A DNA stretch of 63,138 nucleotides, the filler included, from Octopus bimaculoides (taxonomy: Eukaryota): NCBI RefSeq assembly GCF_001194135.2. It is 10 parts of 9 records of this genome, joined end to end, with 100 filler letters (N's around TTAATTAATTAA, not from the genome) between each part and the next. Parts side by side here need not be neighbours in the genome. Positions count along the whole stretch, not along the records: positions 23,407 to 34,739 come from NC_068987.1; positions 34,840 to 41,404 come from NC_068986.1; 8 more parts are not named here. One strand, given 5' to 3'. Both the position numbers and the translations under genes were made by a program. The notes beneath the pieces are model-generated. The model had not been told where the DNA came from. It searched no databases and saw only the letters and a program-made list of their open reading frames with translations. This document shows, one piece after another, positions 23,967 to 36,646 of the stretch. Position 1 is the stretch's first letter; each line of letters begins with the position of its first letter.

Positions 23967-25036
23967 GAAAGAGAGAGAGAGAGGGGGGAAAGAAAATGAA
24001 ATAACGAAGATTCACATCCACTACAATTGTTTCGACGTATTCTGCACCTCTTGCTTATTGGTGAGATACTGTGAAATGAGTTATGTCGCATCACAAGTGC
24101 GGAATGCACCGCTTCAGGTGATGTTTTAGACAAGAATCTCAATATTTCTCAGCACCATTTCATATTTACATTATGCTTTTATGATGTAAAATATTGATCG
24201 GTCAGCGTCTCACTAGGAAGCTAAAGGTTCAGAGTGCGTCGCAACAACTGTAGTGATTTTGAATAATTAGTCACTTGAATTCTATTTTCTCATTCTGATT
24301 TAATTTTTCTATAAAGTCTACGGACTCCGAAGAATTCCTAATGTAAATCCGGTACACATCTAATGCAGTTTCTATTTACCATATAAAATATTGTTTAGTT
24401 ACCAAAATTCTAATGTCAAAATTACAAAATAATGTAGGCAGCTATATGCAGTATAAAAGGCAGATTGAATCGTCCCAACGGTCACACAATTTTACAGACG
24501 AATCTAGTCTACACCACAGATCTAACATAATTTATTGGGTGGTTATCTCTCCTGTCGGTATAAGAAAATATGCTTCCTTCCAGCAGTTCTGAAGGTTCTA
24601 AGTTTTATTTCTAGCAAATTAGGTGCTACAAAACACCCTTAGTTACAAATAGTAAGAATTTTATAGTGTCTTAAATCGCTCCAATACACTGCAACGTTTG
24701 AACCTTTTGAATTTTTCTGAACTTATTTTGTACTTTCTGCTTTTTCATCTTGTCTTTTCTCACTCTGTTTTTTTTTTTTTTTTTTTTTTTTNNNNNNNNN
24801 NNNNNNNNNNNNNNNNNNNNNNNNNNNNNNNNNNNNNNNNNNNNNNNNNNNNNNNNNNNNNNNNNNNNNNNNNNNNNNNNNNNNNNNNNNNNNNNNNNNN
24901 NNNNNNNNNNNNNNNNNNNNNNNNNNNNNNNNNNNNNNNNNNNNNNNNNNNNNNNNNNNNNNNNNNNNNNNNNNNNNNNNNNNNNNNNNNNNNNNNNNNN
25001 NNNNNNNNNNNNNNNNNNNNNNNNNNNNNNNNNNNN

Positions 25037-25078
<42 letters not shown>

Positions 25079-25299
25079 ATCACAGATACTCACATACTTA
25101 TATATGTGTGTGTGTGTGTCTGTGTAAAAGTATGTTCTATTAAATTCGCGGCTGTGTTATTTATTTTAATTTAGGATTTTCCTATAGTGATATTAGTTTT
25201 TATTCACTTAATCTGGAATAAAAATATTACTAAAATCATATTGCTTTCTTTCAGACATTTAATAGAACTGCTTTCAACATTTGTCGCTAGTATGCTGGT

Positions 25300-26260
25300 T
25301 GAATCCATGTAGATTTTCCCGCCAATATTGATTATTCTTTTTTTCTTTACCATTTAGTCGCAACTTTAGCATTTCAGTTTTAATTTGTTGCGGTTAAATT
25401 CTTGGCATTTGGTGTGCTGTGCCAAAAATCATTTGTAGAGTTTGCGACACGCATATTGACTGCGTGTTTATTTTGGTATTTTATTGCGATATGAGGATGG
25501 CTTCCGTGATTAATCTCCTATTTTTGTGATGATTTTTACTGATTACGTATGTATTGTCTTTCAGTATTTTCTACTTAATTTCATTTTGTGGAGTGCAGTA
25601 TAGTGTTTCACATTAAATCCTTATTGTAAATGCACAGTGTGTCTGCAAGCGATTGCTGTTCTAGTAAGTCTAATGTCAAAGCCAGACCCCTGAAGTTTTC
25701 GAATTTATAGGTTACGTTGGTCATTCGTGGCTTGTTCACAGCACAGGGTTACACGATGCTTGTGTTATTGGTAAAGCTGTTTTCTGTTTTCGCATGTTTG
25801 TATTATTTTATTAGTTTCAGTTAATGATGATATGTGATGTAATTTGCGTTCGATTTTACGATTGTTTCCATTACGTATCATTCTGGTTGAGAGCTCTTAT
25901 GAATTTGATTCATATAATAAATTTTAGGTGCGGTTCCTATTATGTGTAATCGTAGATGTATTTGCTTTAATGTGTTTTGTCTATATGCTTCTATCGCTGA
26001 ATCTACTCGTCTGTTAGAATATCCAGTGTTAACGTTCGTTGCATTCGATTTTTTCCTTGCTCTGATGCATTGTTTATCGATGTGAATATAACATAAACGA
26101 TTTACTAGGGTGTGACTTGTACATCTGCTCTGTGGAGATTCAGTGTATCTATGTAGGTATATACATTTCTTTGATTCTTCGGTGAGTTCTGACGGGACCT
26201 TTTGTCGTTATCTTTCCTTCTCATTTGACTGTAGCCCAGTTGGGGCGTCAGCCTAAAGAA
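25300..26260 (-). mobile_element. Decayed Penelope-like element (post-RT linker and GIY-YIG region)
   Basis: Minus-strand peptides GYSNRRVDSAI, IYYMNQIHK, LKLIK*YK, TNVTYKF, HLQ*G..KH, NRRLITEAILISQ*NTKINTQ follow the order of PLE linker/GIY-YIG motifs; many stops. Confidence 0.65.
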
Positions 26261-27260
26261 TTATTGTCAGATTAATCGATCCTAGTACTTTTTTTAAAGC
26301 CTGGTACTTACTCTATCGGTCTTTTGCGAAACAGCAAAGTAACATTTATTTGTTTATTCGTCGTTATCGACGATGACTAAAGAAAATCACATGGGAAAAG
26401 AAGACAGAACATGGTGTTCTGACAGTGGCCAATCAGTTCGATGTGTGCATAGAAGGCTGTGCCGCAGATCGGGTTTTGGAGATCTGTTGGCTCTGAAGGC
26501 ACGCAGTTGGCTCTGGATTGACATAGTTAGAGTTTTCTTTGTGTTCGTGCATCGCTGTTCTGTTCGTATGAGGTGGCACTTCGGTTGATGTAGCTTCACC
26601 AGGCTGGGTAGTCCTGTGCTTGTGTTTCCCAAACGTGCTTTCGGAGACGTAAACACACCAACAACGGTTATCAAGTGGTGGTGAGGACAAACACAGAAAA
26701 AAAAATTCGCTCGTGCACGTGTGTACGACGGGCTTCTTTCAGTTTCCGTCTACCAAATCTGTTCTCAAGGACGTATTTGTTTCTTGAGTTCCACATATTT
26801 ACATTTTACAAAATAGCATCACATTTATATTATTTTGAAACGAAAACAAAATGAAAAATATCTAAAATAAGAAAGAAAAAACTTGAACGAAGTTGTGGAT
26901 TTAATAAAACATAAAAACAAAAAAAATTGTTTCACGTACAGGTGTGGCTCTGTGTAAGAAGTTTGCTTCCATCCACTTGGTTTACCACCGTTTGACAGAA
27001 AAGTTTTTTTTATATATGATGAAAAGGTGGAGTGAGCACTGTGGTGGCAGTGGTAGCCTAGGACGAAATATTTTGCACTGCTCGTTTATCTTAGATTTTT
27101 AAATAAAATTTTTTTCAGAATATTTGCTACAAAACAGAAAAGAAATGTCAGCCATTTCTCAAAACTTAAACTTAAAAGTTTAATTAAAGATGCTGGAACT
27201 AAAGCTTTAAAATATCGTCTCTCATAGCTATCATTTATTATTTAATAACCGAAAAGCAAA

Positions 27261-28130
27261 GGCGGCGAAGTGGCAGAAACGTTTGCACGCCGGCTAAAAT
27301 GCTTCACGGTCTTTCGTCTGCCGTTATGTTCTGAGATCAAATTCCGCCGAGGTCGACTTTGCCTTTCATCATTTCGGGGTCGATAAATTAAGTACCAGTT
27401 GCGTACTCGAGTCGATGTAATCGACTTAATCCCTTTGTTTATCCTTGTTTGTCCCCTCTATGTTTAGCCCCTTGTGGGCAATAAAGAAATAAGAAACGTT
27501 AGCACGCCGGGCGAAATGTTTAGCGGTATCTCGTCTGTCTTTACATTCTAAGTTCAAGTTCCGCTGAGGTCGACTTTGCCTTTCATCCTTTTGGGGCCAA
27601 TAAATTAAGTACCAGTTACACACTAGAGTCGATATAATCGGCTAGCGCCCTTTCCAAAGATCTCAGGCCTTGTGCTTAGAGTAGAAAAGAATATTCGATA
27701 GGCGGCGAGCTGGCAGAATCGTTAGAACGCTGGGCGAAATGCTTAGCGGTACCTCGTCTGTCGCTACTTTTCTGAGTTCAAATTCCGCCGGGGACGCCTT
27801 TGCTTTTCATCCTTTCGGATGAAGCAACAGGCTCGATGTAATCGACTAGTTCCCTCCCACCAAATTTCAAGCCTTGAGCCTTTAGGAGAAAGGACCATTT
27901 AATATTCGGGTTATATAGGCGGTGTGCTGGCAAAATTGCTAATACGCCGGGGTAAAATGTTTTCCGGCATTTTGTCCGTTTTTACGATCTAAGTTCAAAT
28001 CCCGTGGAAGCTAACATTGCCTATCATCCTTGCCTTTCATCCTTTCATCCACTCGAATACTGGGGTCGATATAATCGACAGCCCCATCCCTCAGAAACTG
28101 CTTGTTCTGTGCTAAAATTTGAAACCAATA
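27261..28130 (+). mobile_element. Four head-to-tail SINE family A copies
   Basis: Heads at 27261, about 27493 (5'-truncated), 27701 and 27918. Confidence 0.88.
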
Positions 28131-30198
28131 TCGTAATAATATATTCAGGTCTGTATATAGTTATTTTTACATAGATTCAATGCTTGATATTTTGGACTTA
28201 AGAAACGTTAGGGTACACTTTGGAATAAAATAATCTTTCCCGAAGTGTATGGAATAACTATGTACGTTTTAAATTACTTAAAACCGTCAAATTGTAGATG
28301 CAACAACACATATTTCTTTCTTATATAGGAATATATAACATTTTTACTCGAAAGACCAGCCGTCGATTACATTGACCTCATTAAATAAGCGTGCAATATT
28401 TTACCGACCGCATTATGATTTGAGCACATAACAATAATTTGACTAGATACAGTAAAGCATGTAATTATTTCAATATGGTGTTGGCTTGAATAACACCTTC
28501 TCTAAAAATAACAATTTTAGAAATATTTTGTAATGTTTCCAAGAAAAGTTTTGTATGTCTTCAATGATGTTGTTATCAAGTAACACATATCAATAGATTT
28601 CTATTTTTGTGTGTGATATTTATGAATTTTAATACCATTCGTTGTACTAATGTCACTAGCATTCGCCATAATCTGAAATAGGTACTAAAATGAACGCTTT
28701 TGGCAAAAACCGAAGTGAATGAAATGAAGAAAGTTAAGAAAAAGAAGTTTATCCATTTTCGAAACTTATTATATAAAGTCTTCTGAAGAGAAAAGAAGAC
28801 ATCACGCATCGTAATTAGTTTAGCTACCAAACAAACTAGAAAGAAGCTAAATGGAATCTATAAAATAAAAATGGATAAATCACGATTATTAACCACAGAA
28901 AGACTTCCCATTTTGTCCAAGAATACGAATTCTAAGAACGTCTGCCTGAGACCAAAAAATAGCCAATGATTTTTTCCTTCATAAATGAAGAGCGACAATA
29001 CGGCAATCGCGCATTCGGTAAAACGTACGAAAGAACAAAAATAGAAAGCATAAAATATTTGAACACGTGAAATCGGAATCAAAGGCAAGAAAAACATGTT
29101 ATCAAAGAATGTAAACCGTTTTCTCTTTTGAGCACCTATAAAATATTTTCAGCCTCCTCATCTTACGGGAAATTTTCACACACACACACACACAGACACA
29201 CAAACACACACAGACACACACACATACACACACACACACAAACATATACATACACACTCAAACACATACATGCACACACACACACAAGTACAAACACATA
29301 CACACGCAAAAATCCCTTCTTATTGTCATTGATCTATCTGTCTGTCTGTCTGTCTGGGGATAGATAGATATATATAGAGAGAGAAAGAAAAGAGATAGAT
29401 AGATAGATAGATAGATAGATATATAGATAGATATATAGATAGATAGATAGACAGATAGATAGATAGATGGATAAACAGATAGACCAACTTATACTGATAG
29501 TGCTTTNNNNNNNNNNNNNNNNNNNNNNNNNNNNNNNNNNNNNNNNNNNNNNNNNNNNNNNNNNNNNNNNNNNNNNNNNNNNNNNNNNNNNNNNNNNNNN
29601 NNNNNNNNNNNNNNNNNNNNNNNNNNNNNNNNNNNNNNNNNNNNNNNNNNNNNNNNNNNNNNNNNNNNNNNNNNNNNNNNNNNNNNNNNNNNNNNNNNNN
29701 NNNNNNNNNNNNNNNNNNNNNNNNNNNNNNNNNNNNNNNNNNNNNNNNNNNNNNNNNNNNNNNNNNNNNNNNNNNNNNNNNNNNNNNNNNNNNNNNNNNN
29801 NNNNNNNNNNNNNNNNNNNNNNNNNNNNNNNNNNNNNNNNNNNNNNNNNNNNNNNNNNNNNNNNNNNNNNNNNNNNNNNNNNNNNNNNNNNNNNNNNNNN
29901 NNNNNNNNNNNNNNNNNNNNNNNNNNNNNNNNNNNNNNNNNNNNNNNNNNNNNNNNNNNNNNNNNNNNNNNNNNNNNNNNNNNNNNNNNNNNNNNNNNNN
30001 NNNNNNNNNNNNNNNNNNNNNNNNNNNNNNNNNNNNNNNNNNNNNNNNNNNNNNNNNNNNNNNNNNNNNNNNNNNNNNNNNNNNNNNNNNNNNNNNNNNN
30101 NNNNNNNNNNNNNNNNNNNNNNNNNNNNNNNNNNNNNNNNNNNNNNNNNNNNNNNNNNNNNNNNNNNNNNNNNNNNNNNNNNNNNNNNNNNNNNNNNN

Positions 30199-30229
<31 letters not shown>

Positions 30230-30995
30230 TACACTATGTATGTATATGATATGTATGTGTATGGATATATATATATGTGTATATGTATGTACGTGTGTAT
30301 ATATATATAAGTATATGCATGTATATATTATAACATATCTGAGATGTATATATGAATGTATGAGTATGTGTTTTATTAGACAGTACAGTGTTCAACTTAA
30401 ATAGTGTTTACTAATTATATTTTATAATTTGTTCCTCGTCTTTCGACGTAAATATAGAAAGAAAACAAAATAGAAATTAAATTTCATGTTTGATGTCCAA
30501 CATGATTTGTTTCTTTCTGCAGACACTAATGAAACTTCTTTTGCTAACTTATAACGGAAGGAAAGAAATCATACATTTGTTAACGAAGCAAAGTATTTCT
30601 GTATATGCATCTGTACTAAATGTCTGTCTGTAGTGAGGCTGCGACCGTATGTGAGTGAATATATGCTTGTGTATAGCTACATATATACGTATCTGTTTGT
30701 AAATGTGTGTACGTAATTTTCCTTCGTGCAGACTCTGCAGAAGGCTGTATATTGCTGCGAAGGCTACTGGATGAGGAACGAGATTTTTCTACTTGAGACA
30801 ATTAACAAAATCCTAGTCCCATTAACTGCGATTTTCAGCTGAATCATTCAGCCAGAGAAATAACAGACTCCAAGAAGGTTATATCCTTTTGATACACTAC
30901 AGGAAAACATATGACAGGAGTCTTGTTTTATTTCAAGCACAAACTATATATGAATATACACATATGCATATACATACATACGCATACATATGCAT

Positions 30996-31063
<68 letters not shown>

Positions 31064-31435
31064 GCATACACATATATTTATATGTATGTGTGTGTATGTA
31101 TGTATATATGTATATATATATATATATATGGTTTACCAAAAATAGTTCTAAGGAAGGAAAAGACACGTCTCTGAAGGAGTTCTGTAAAACAAAATAGGAG
31201 AAAAGATATGGACATGTACCTTGGTTTGGTTACCAAACCACTACCACGTAATTCATTTGAATAATTCTCCTGTTTCACAGATTTCAATTACATTTTTCAT
31301 AGAAAAAATTATATTCCAACTACAAAAGCTGTGCTTTCAAAACAACAGCGATAACAGAGAAACTTTTTTTGTGATTACATTTATGATGAAGGAGATGTTG
31401 GTAATGAGAATGAAGAAGGTTATGACTGTTTAAGG

Positions 31436-32057
31436 TTAGGGCCAACGAAAATCTCTATTGACCATACGATAAAACTTCTCGTTAAATGGTCGGTAAAAAT
31501 CTCTGAGGCGTTTAAGTATTGTTATATCAACAGTTGGATGCGGTCTCCCTTTCGTTTTTCCTAAGCAATGAGGGTGTCCGCTTCCTTCCGATTTCTTCAA
31601 ACATGGAAATCCTTTCGTTTCATTGAAATAGAAATGCTTCTCCGAAATTATCCTTTTTAAGCCAAGAAAATCTTGCACCCGCCCAAGTTCTCGAGCTGGG
31701 TCTGATATCAATTGCTCTCCACTGACGAAATGTATTTGTGACAATGGAAAATAATTCAGCCATCGTTCAAGGTATTTCGCATAAACACCAATGCGTATAA
31801 TATTTCTACTCGTATCAACAATACGTGTCGATAGATTGAGAAAAGCTAAATCTTCAAAGCGATGCATCTTGGTAATTCCTTTTGAGGCCAATTGGGTATA
31901 ATCAGAAATAGCACGAGTTACTGGATCACGTACAATTATCAGGATTTTCATCTCTTTAGACATGTTATATATCCTTCTTGGAACATCTTTGGTAATAAAA
32001 TAACTTGGAGTTTTCTCGATTGTCATTTGTCCTTCGATAGTCGCAGGCATTTTCTTC
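31436..32057 (-). CDS. HS3ST: Heparan sulfate glucosamine 3-O-sulfotransferase, terminal exon (sulfotransferase C-terminal part)
   Basis: tttcag|G AAG AAA ATG acceptor (phase 2); [59 protein letters not shown]...DFRWP*. Confidence 0.95.
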
Positions 32058-33184
32058 CTGAAATTGTAAAAGTAAAATGCAAAGCATTATATACACATAT
32101 TATATACTGTCACATAAATACATTAAATAATTCTTTTCAACCATTACACATCATTCCTAATCTTTTCAACCATTTATTACATTCCACAATTCAAGAGTTG
32201 AATAGTATATATATATATATATNNNNNNNNNNNNNNNNNNNNNNNNNNNNNNNNNNNNNNNNNNNNNNNNNNNNNNNNNNNNNNNNNNNNNNNNNNNNNN
32301 NNNNNNNNNNNNNNNNNNNNNNNNNNNNNNNNNNNNNNNNNNNNNNNNNNNNNNNNNNNNNNNNNNNNNNNNNNNNNNNNNNNNNNNNNNNNNNNNNNNN
32401 NNNNNNNNNNNNNNNNNNNNNNNNNNNNNNNNNNNNNNNNNNNNNNNNNNNNNNNNNNNNNNNNNNNNNNNNNNNNNNNNNNNNNNNNNNNNNNNNNNNN
32501 NNNNNNNNNNNNNNNNNNNNNNNNNNNNNNNNNNNNNNNNNNNNNNNNNNNNNNNNNNNNNNNNNNNNNNNNNNNNNNNNNNNNNNNNNNNNNNNNNNNN
32601 NNNNNNNNNNNNNNNNNNNNNNNNNNNNNNNNNNNNNNNNNNNNNNNNNNNNNNNNNNNNNNNNNNNNNNNNNNNNNNNNNNNNNNNNNNNNNNNNNNNN
32701 NNNNNNNNNNNNNNNNNNNNNNNNNNNNNNNNNNNNNNNNNNNNNNNNNNNNNNNNNNNNNNNNNNNNNNNNNNNNNNNNNNNNNNNNNNNNNNNNNNNN
32801 NNNNNNNNNNNNNNNNNNNNNNNNNNNNNNNNNNNNNNNNNNNNNNNNNNNNNNNNNNNNNNNNNNNNNNNNNNNNNNNNNNNNNNNNNNNNNNNNNNNN
32901 NNNNNNNNNNNNNNNNNNNNNNNNNNNNNNNNNNNNNNNNNNNNNNNNNNNNNNNNNNNNNNNNNNNNNNNNNNNNNNNNNNNNNNNNNNNNNNNNNNNN
33001 NNNNNNNNNNNNNNNNNNNNNNNNNNNNNNNNNNNNNNNNNNNNNNNNNNNNNNNNNNNNNNNNNNNNNNNNNNNNNNNNNNNNNNNNNNNNNNNNNNNN
33101 NNNNNNNNNNNNNNNNNNNNNNNNNNNNNNNNNNNNNNNNNNNNNNNNNNNNNNNNNNNNNNNNNNNNNNNNNNNNNNNNNNNA

Positions 33185-33272
33185 GAAGAAGAAGAAGAAG
33201 AAGAAGAAGAAGAAGAAGAAGAAGAAGAAGAAGAAGAAGAAGAAGAAGAAGAAGAAGAAGAAGAAGAAGAAG
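33185..33272. repeat. (GAA)n microsatellite (another at 48845-48921)
   Basis: Direct reading. Confidence 0.95.
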
Positions 33273-33709
33273 CATCTTGGTAGAACCATATATATAAAAA
33301 AATATTTATCTGGACTAAGGATTTTCAAAGTGGTCGGTGAGTACAACTACGCCATTGGTACCTAATTTCGTTTGATGGAGGGAAATGCATTTGACTACCA
33401 GACGACATTCACCAGTAACGAAAGAGGCGGAAGAGAAAAATCGATTAAACCTATAACTCTGAAAATTGCTAAGGGATAAAGATAATAATAAGGATACTCG
33501 TGATCTCGTGATGTGTGTGGTGGGAGACTAGCGTGACAAATAGTAGGATGGCATAAATCACCTACTGGCTAGCAGACCGATTCTGTGATCTTAGAGTTTG
33601 TAAGTAGCAACGGATAAAAGATGCAAAAGTAGAAATAAGACGGTGTTCCAGCATGGCCGCAGTCAAATGACTTAAACAAATAAAAGAATAAAAGAAAATA
33701 ATTTTTATC

Positions 33710-33771
<62 letters not shown>

Positions 33772-33817
33772 GATGTTGTTGTTGTTCTCGTTATTATCAT
33801 TATTTTTATTATTATTA

Positions 33818-33887
<70 letters not shown>

Positions 33888-34085
33888 TGTTATATGATTG
33901 GCTTATGCTTTGTATTTGTACAATGTCTCACCCAGAGACCTCGAGAGACAAGTCAGAATTTCAAGTGGGTGTTACGTCTAGGATGGCATACTTTTGGTTT
34001 TGCGAAGTGTATTGTTTTAAGAATGTCTGTTAAAACATAAGAAAATAAGAAATTTGTTTTAAAATTAATTTGATCATAAGATGAT

Positions 34086-34090
<5 letters not shown>
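33888..34090 (-). mobile_element. 3'UTR-only copy of the same RLE retrotransposon family as 19165-19459
   Basis: Reverse complement aligns to 19350-19459 (aattttaaa.caaa..attttcttatg..acattc..caaaaccaaa..tatg...cctag.c.taa); both ends abut (TAA/TGA)n. Confidence 0.75.
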
Positions 34091-34170
<80 letters not shown>

Positions 34171-34171
34171 A

Positions 34172-34224
<53 letters not shown>

Positions 34225-34439
34225 ATAGTAGTATTACCATCTTCCTTCAATTTTGTTTCCATGTCTTGCCGAGTGTCTTCCTGACACCTAGGACAAAGAA
34301 ACGCAGTCTACATTTGTAGGTCATTAAAATAAACACAGTGTACATTTACATCGTCATCGTTGTCATCCCCCCTCCTCCTCCTTCTCCTCCTCATCATCAT
34401 CAGTAGTAGTAGTAGTAGTAGTAGTACTTGCATATGCAT

Positions 34440-34655
34440 GGCAGCGAGAAGGCAGAAGCTTTAGGACGCCGAAAAAAATTATTAGCGTTATTACGTCCGT
34501 CTTTACATTCTGAATTCAAAATCCTGCCGCGGTCTATTTTGCTTTTCATTCTCGCGGAACCGAAAAAAAGGGACCAATTGAATGTTCGGATCGATGTTAT
34601 CGACTCAGCGCCTTACCCACAGTTACAAACATGGTGCCAAATTTTGAAACCACTA
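34440..34655 (+). mobile_element. Degenerate SINE family A copy
   Basis: ggcagcgag.aggcagaa head, core, tail tggtgccaaattttgaaacc. Confidence 0.7.
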
Positions 34656-34855
34656 TTATATACTTGTGCTTATACTTATAAATGCAGGTATATACATATA
34701 CATACATACATACATACATACATACACACATATATATATNNNNNNNNNNNNNNNNNNNNNNNNNNNNNNNNNNNNNNNNNNNNTTAATTAATTAANNNNN
34801 NNNNNNNNNNNNNNNNNNNNNNNNNNNNNNNNNNNNNNNTTAGATAGATAGATAT

Positions 34856-34933
<78 letters not shown>

Positions 34934-35030
34934 CATCAGACGTAGTCAGGACGGTGAGTTTCGTTCCAATTAACGAAATCTTCGACCTTTGAATCATCTT
35001 GTAAATTTTGCCGATTAATAATCCTTCCTA

Positions 35031-35229
35031 CTCTAGGTGAAAGGGACTGAAATTTCGGTGGAGGGGATAAAGGGATTACATCACACCCAGTGATCAACTT
35101 GTACTAATTTCTTCGATTCTGGAAGAAAGGCAAGGTCGACCTCAACGGAATGTGAACTCAGAACATAAAGACGGACGAAATGCCGCGAAGCTTTTTTGTC
35201 CGGCTTGCAACGATTTTACGAGCCCGCGG
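35031..35229 (-). mobile_element. SINE family A copy (tail type 2)
   Basis: Reverse complement of family A core. Confidence 0.75.
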
Positions 35230-35259
35230 TCTTCTTCCGCCAATATCTAATGAGGTTAA

Positions 35260-35319
35260 GGCGGCGAGCTGGCAGAAACGTTAGCACGCCGGGCAAAATG
35301 CTTAGCGGTATCCCGTCTC
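35260..35319 (+). mobile_element. SINE family A 5' head only, truncated before the B-box
   Basis: ggcggcgagctggcagaaacgttagcacgccgggcaaaatgcttagcggtat, close to the family consensus. Confidence 0.85.
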
Positions 35320-35395
35320 TGTGAATTATTGTGAAATTTTGGGGAATTTATTGTTGTAACGTTTCGCGCGGGCTGCTGCATTTTTCTCCCCAGCT

Positions 35396-36646
35396 GTGGC
35401 GAGTGGTAGAGTCTCCAGTATGAAGAGCTACGCCAGGGCCGCTGCGGCGAAGAAGCCAGTGCCGCTGGAAACTAAGTTGATCGAGCTGGATATGGAGGAG
35501 GTGAGCAGAAGTTGGAATTTGACGGACGTAGAGGGAAACTCATGTAAATTGTCCCCACCAAAAGAGACCAAGGAAGATAAAATACTGAGGACAGTTGCGT
35601 ATCGTACACAGGCTGACGAGACCAGTAAAATTGAAATGGTGACGGAAGAGGAAATCGAGGAGTGCCTGGGTGAAATTGTGAATGAAACAACGTACATCGG
35701 CAGAGGAAGAAAGTTCGGTACGGTGGAGGTGAGGTTTGCCACCAGAGAAGTGGCAACCAAGCATGCGACCACCATTTTAAAAACACAAAAAATAATATTA
35801 CTACCAAGTTATAGAGGAAGAAGAAGTGTGAGAATACGAATTCCGAGAGTGCCACCAGAAATTAAACCGGAGTGGTTGGTTGCAACAGTTCTGGCTGCAA
35901 CCAAGGAGGATCCGGAATTGGGACCAGTGGCGGAAACAGAAGTGCGCAACTGGTGGGGATTTGGATTCGAAATGTGGCTTTTTGCCACATTCGAGGACTT
36001 AGAAAGAACTCCCTACCAGATAGAAGTGGAAGACGAGAGGACATTAAATGTCGTAGTCGAGGGAAGGAAACCAAATTGCTACATATGCGGGGAGAGAGGC
36101 CATATGAAGACCGAATGCCCCCTATATGAGTTTACACAGCCGAAACGAGAGAAAACACAAAAAGAGGAGGAAAACATAGTAAACCACACCGAGGAAATAA
36201 AAGAGAGACAGAAGTGTGAAACAGAGGAAACAAAGGAGAAGAATAATAACGGATCTTCTAGCCCTAAAAAGCGGAAGAAACATAAGTCAAAGGAACGGTC
36301 AACAGAGAACAAAAAAGAGATACGAAAGCCAGAAACTAATAACGTACAAGAAAAGGAGGATAAAGATGCTAACTATAAAGGGGTTTCGATAAAATATGAG
36401 AAGAATGAGATGGACAGAAAGATCGCGAAGTTGAAGAGAATAACAAGAGTGAAGATGCCGGACGCCTGTGCTGAGAAATGCATTTTGATACGCGAGGAAA
36501 ACTACTGGGAATGCGTAAAAGAATTTGATGAGAATATAAGAACGAAACGGGTTTGGTTGGTGGAGACTCCCCCCCCCCCTAGAACTGATTATTTACATTT
36601 GATAAAGACGGAAGTAAGAGTGATTAATGGGAGAAAAATAAGGTGA
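35396..36646 (+). CDS. Intact gag-like ORF1 of a Tx1/L1-type non-LTR retrotransposon (RRM-like region + CCHC zinc knuckle)
   Basis: 416-codon open frame (ATG at 35420, MKSYARAAA); VVVEGRKPN-CYICGERGHMKTEC (CX2CX4HX4C); K/E-rich tail; no ORF2 follows. Confidence 0.75.
   Translation: MASGRVSSMKSYARAAAAKKPVPLETKLIELDMEEVSRSWNLTDVEGNSCKLSPPKETKEDKILRTVAYRTQADETSKIEMVTEEEIEECLGEIVNETTYIGRGRKFGTVEVRFATREVATKHATTILKTQKIILLPSYRGRRSVRIRIPRVPPEIKPEWLVATVLAATKEDPELGPVAETEVRNWWGFGFEMWLFATFEDLERTPYQIEVEDERTLNVVVEGRKPNCYICGERGHMKTECPLYEFTQPKREKTQKEEENIVNHTEEIKERQKCETEETKEKNNNGSSSPKKRKKHKSKERSTENKKEIRKPETNNVQEKEDKDANYKGVSIKYEKNEMDRKIAKLKRITRVKMPDACAEKCILIREENYWECVKEFDENIRTKRVWLVETPPPPRTDYLHLIKTEVRVINGRKIR

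Noticed and set aside
28570-29130. Short AT-rich ORFs
   Set aside because: No domain similarity or convincing splice context
34930-34990. Hammerhead-like gaaga..stem..gaaac..guc on the minus strand
   Set aside because: Core reads UCGAAGA rather than CUGANGA, and stem I does not pair
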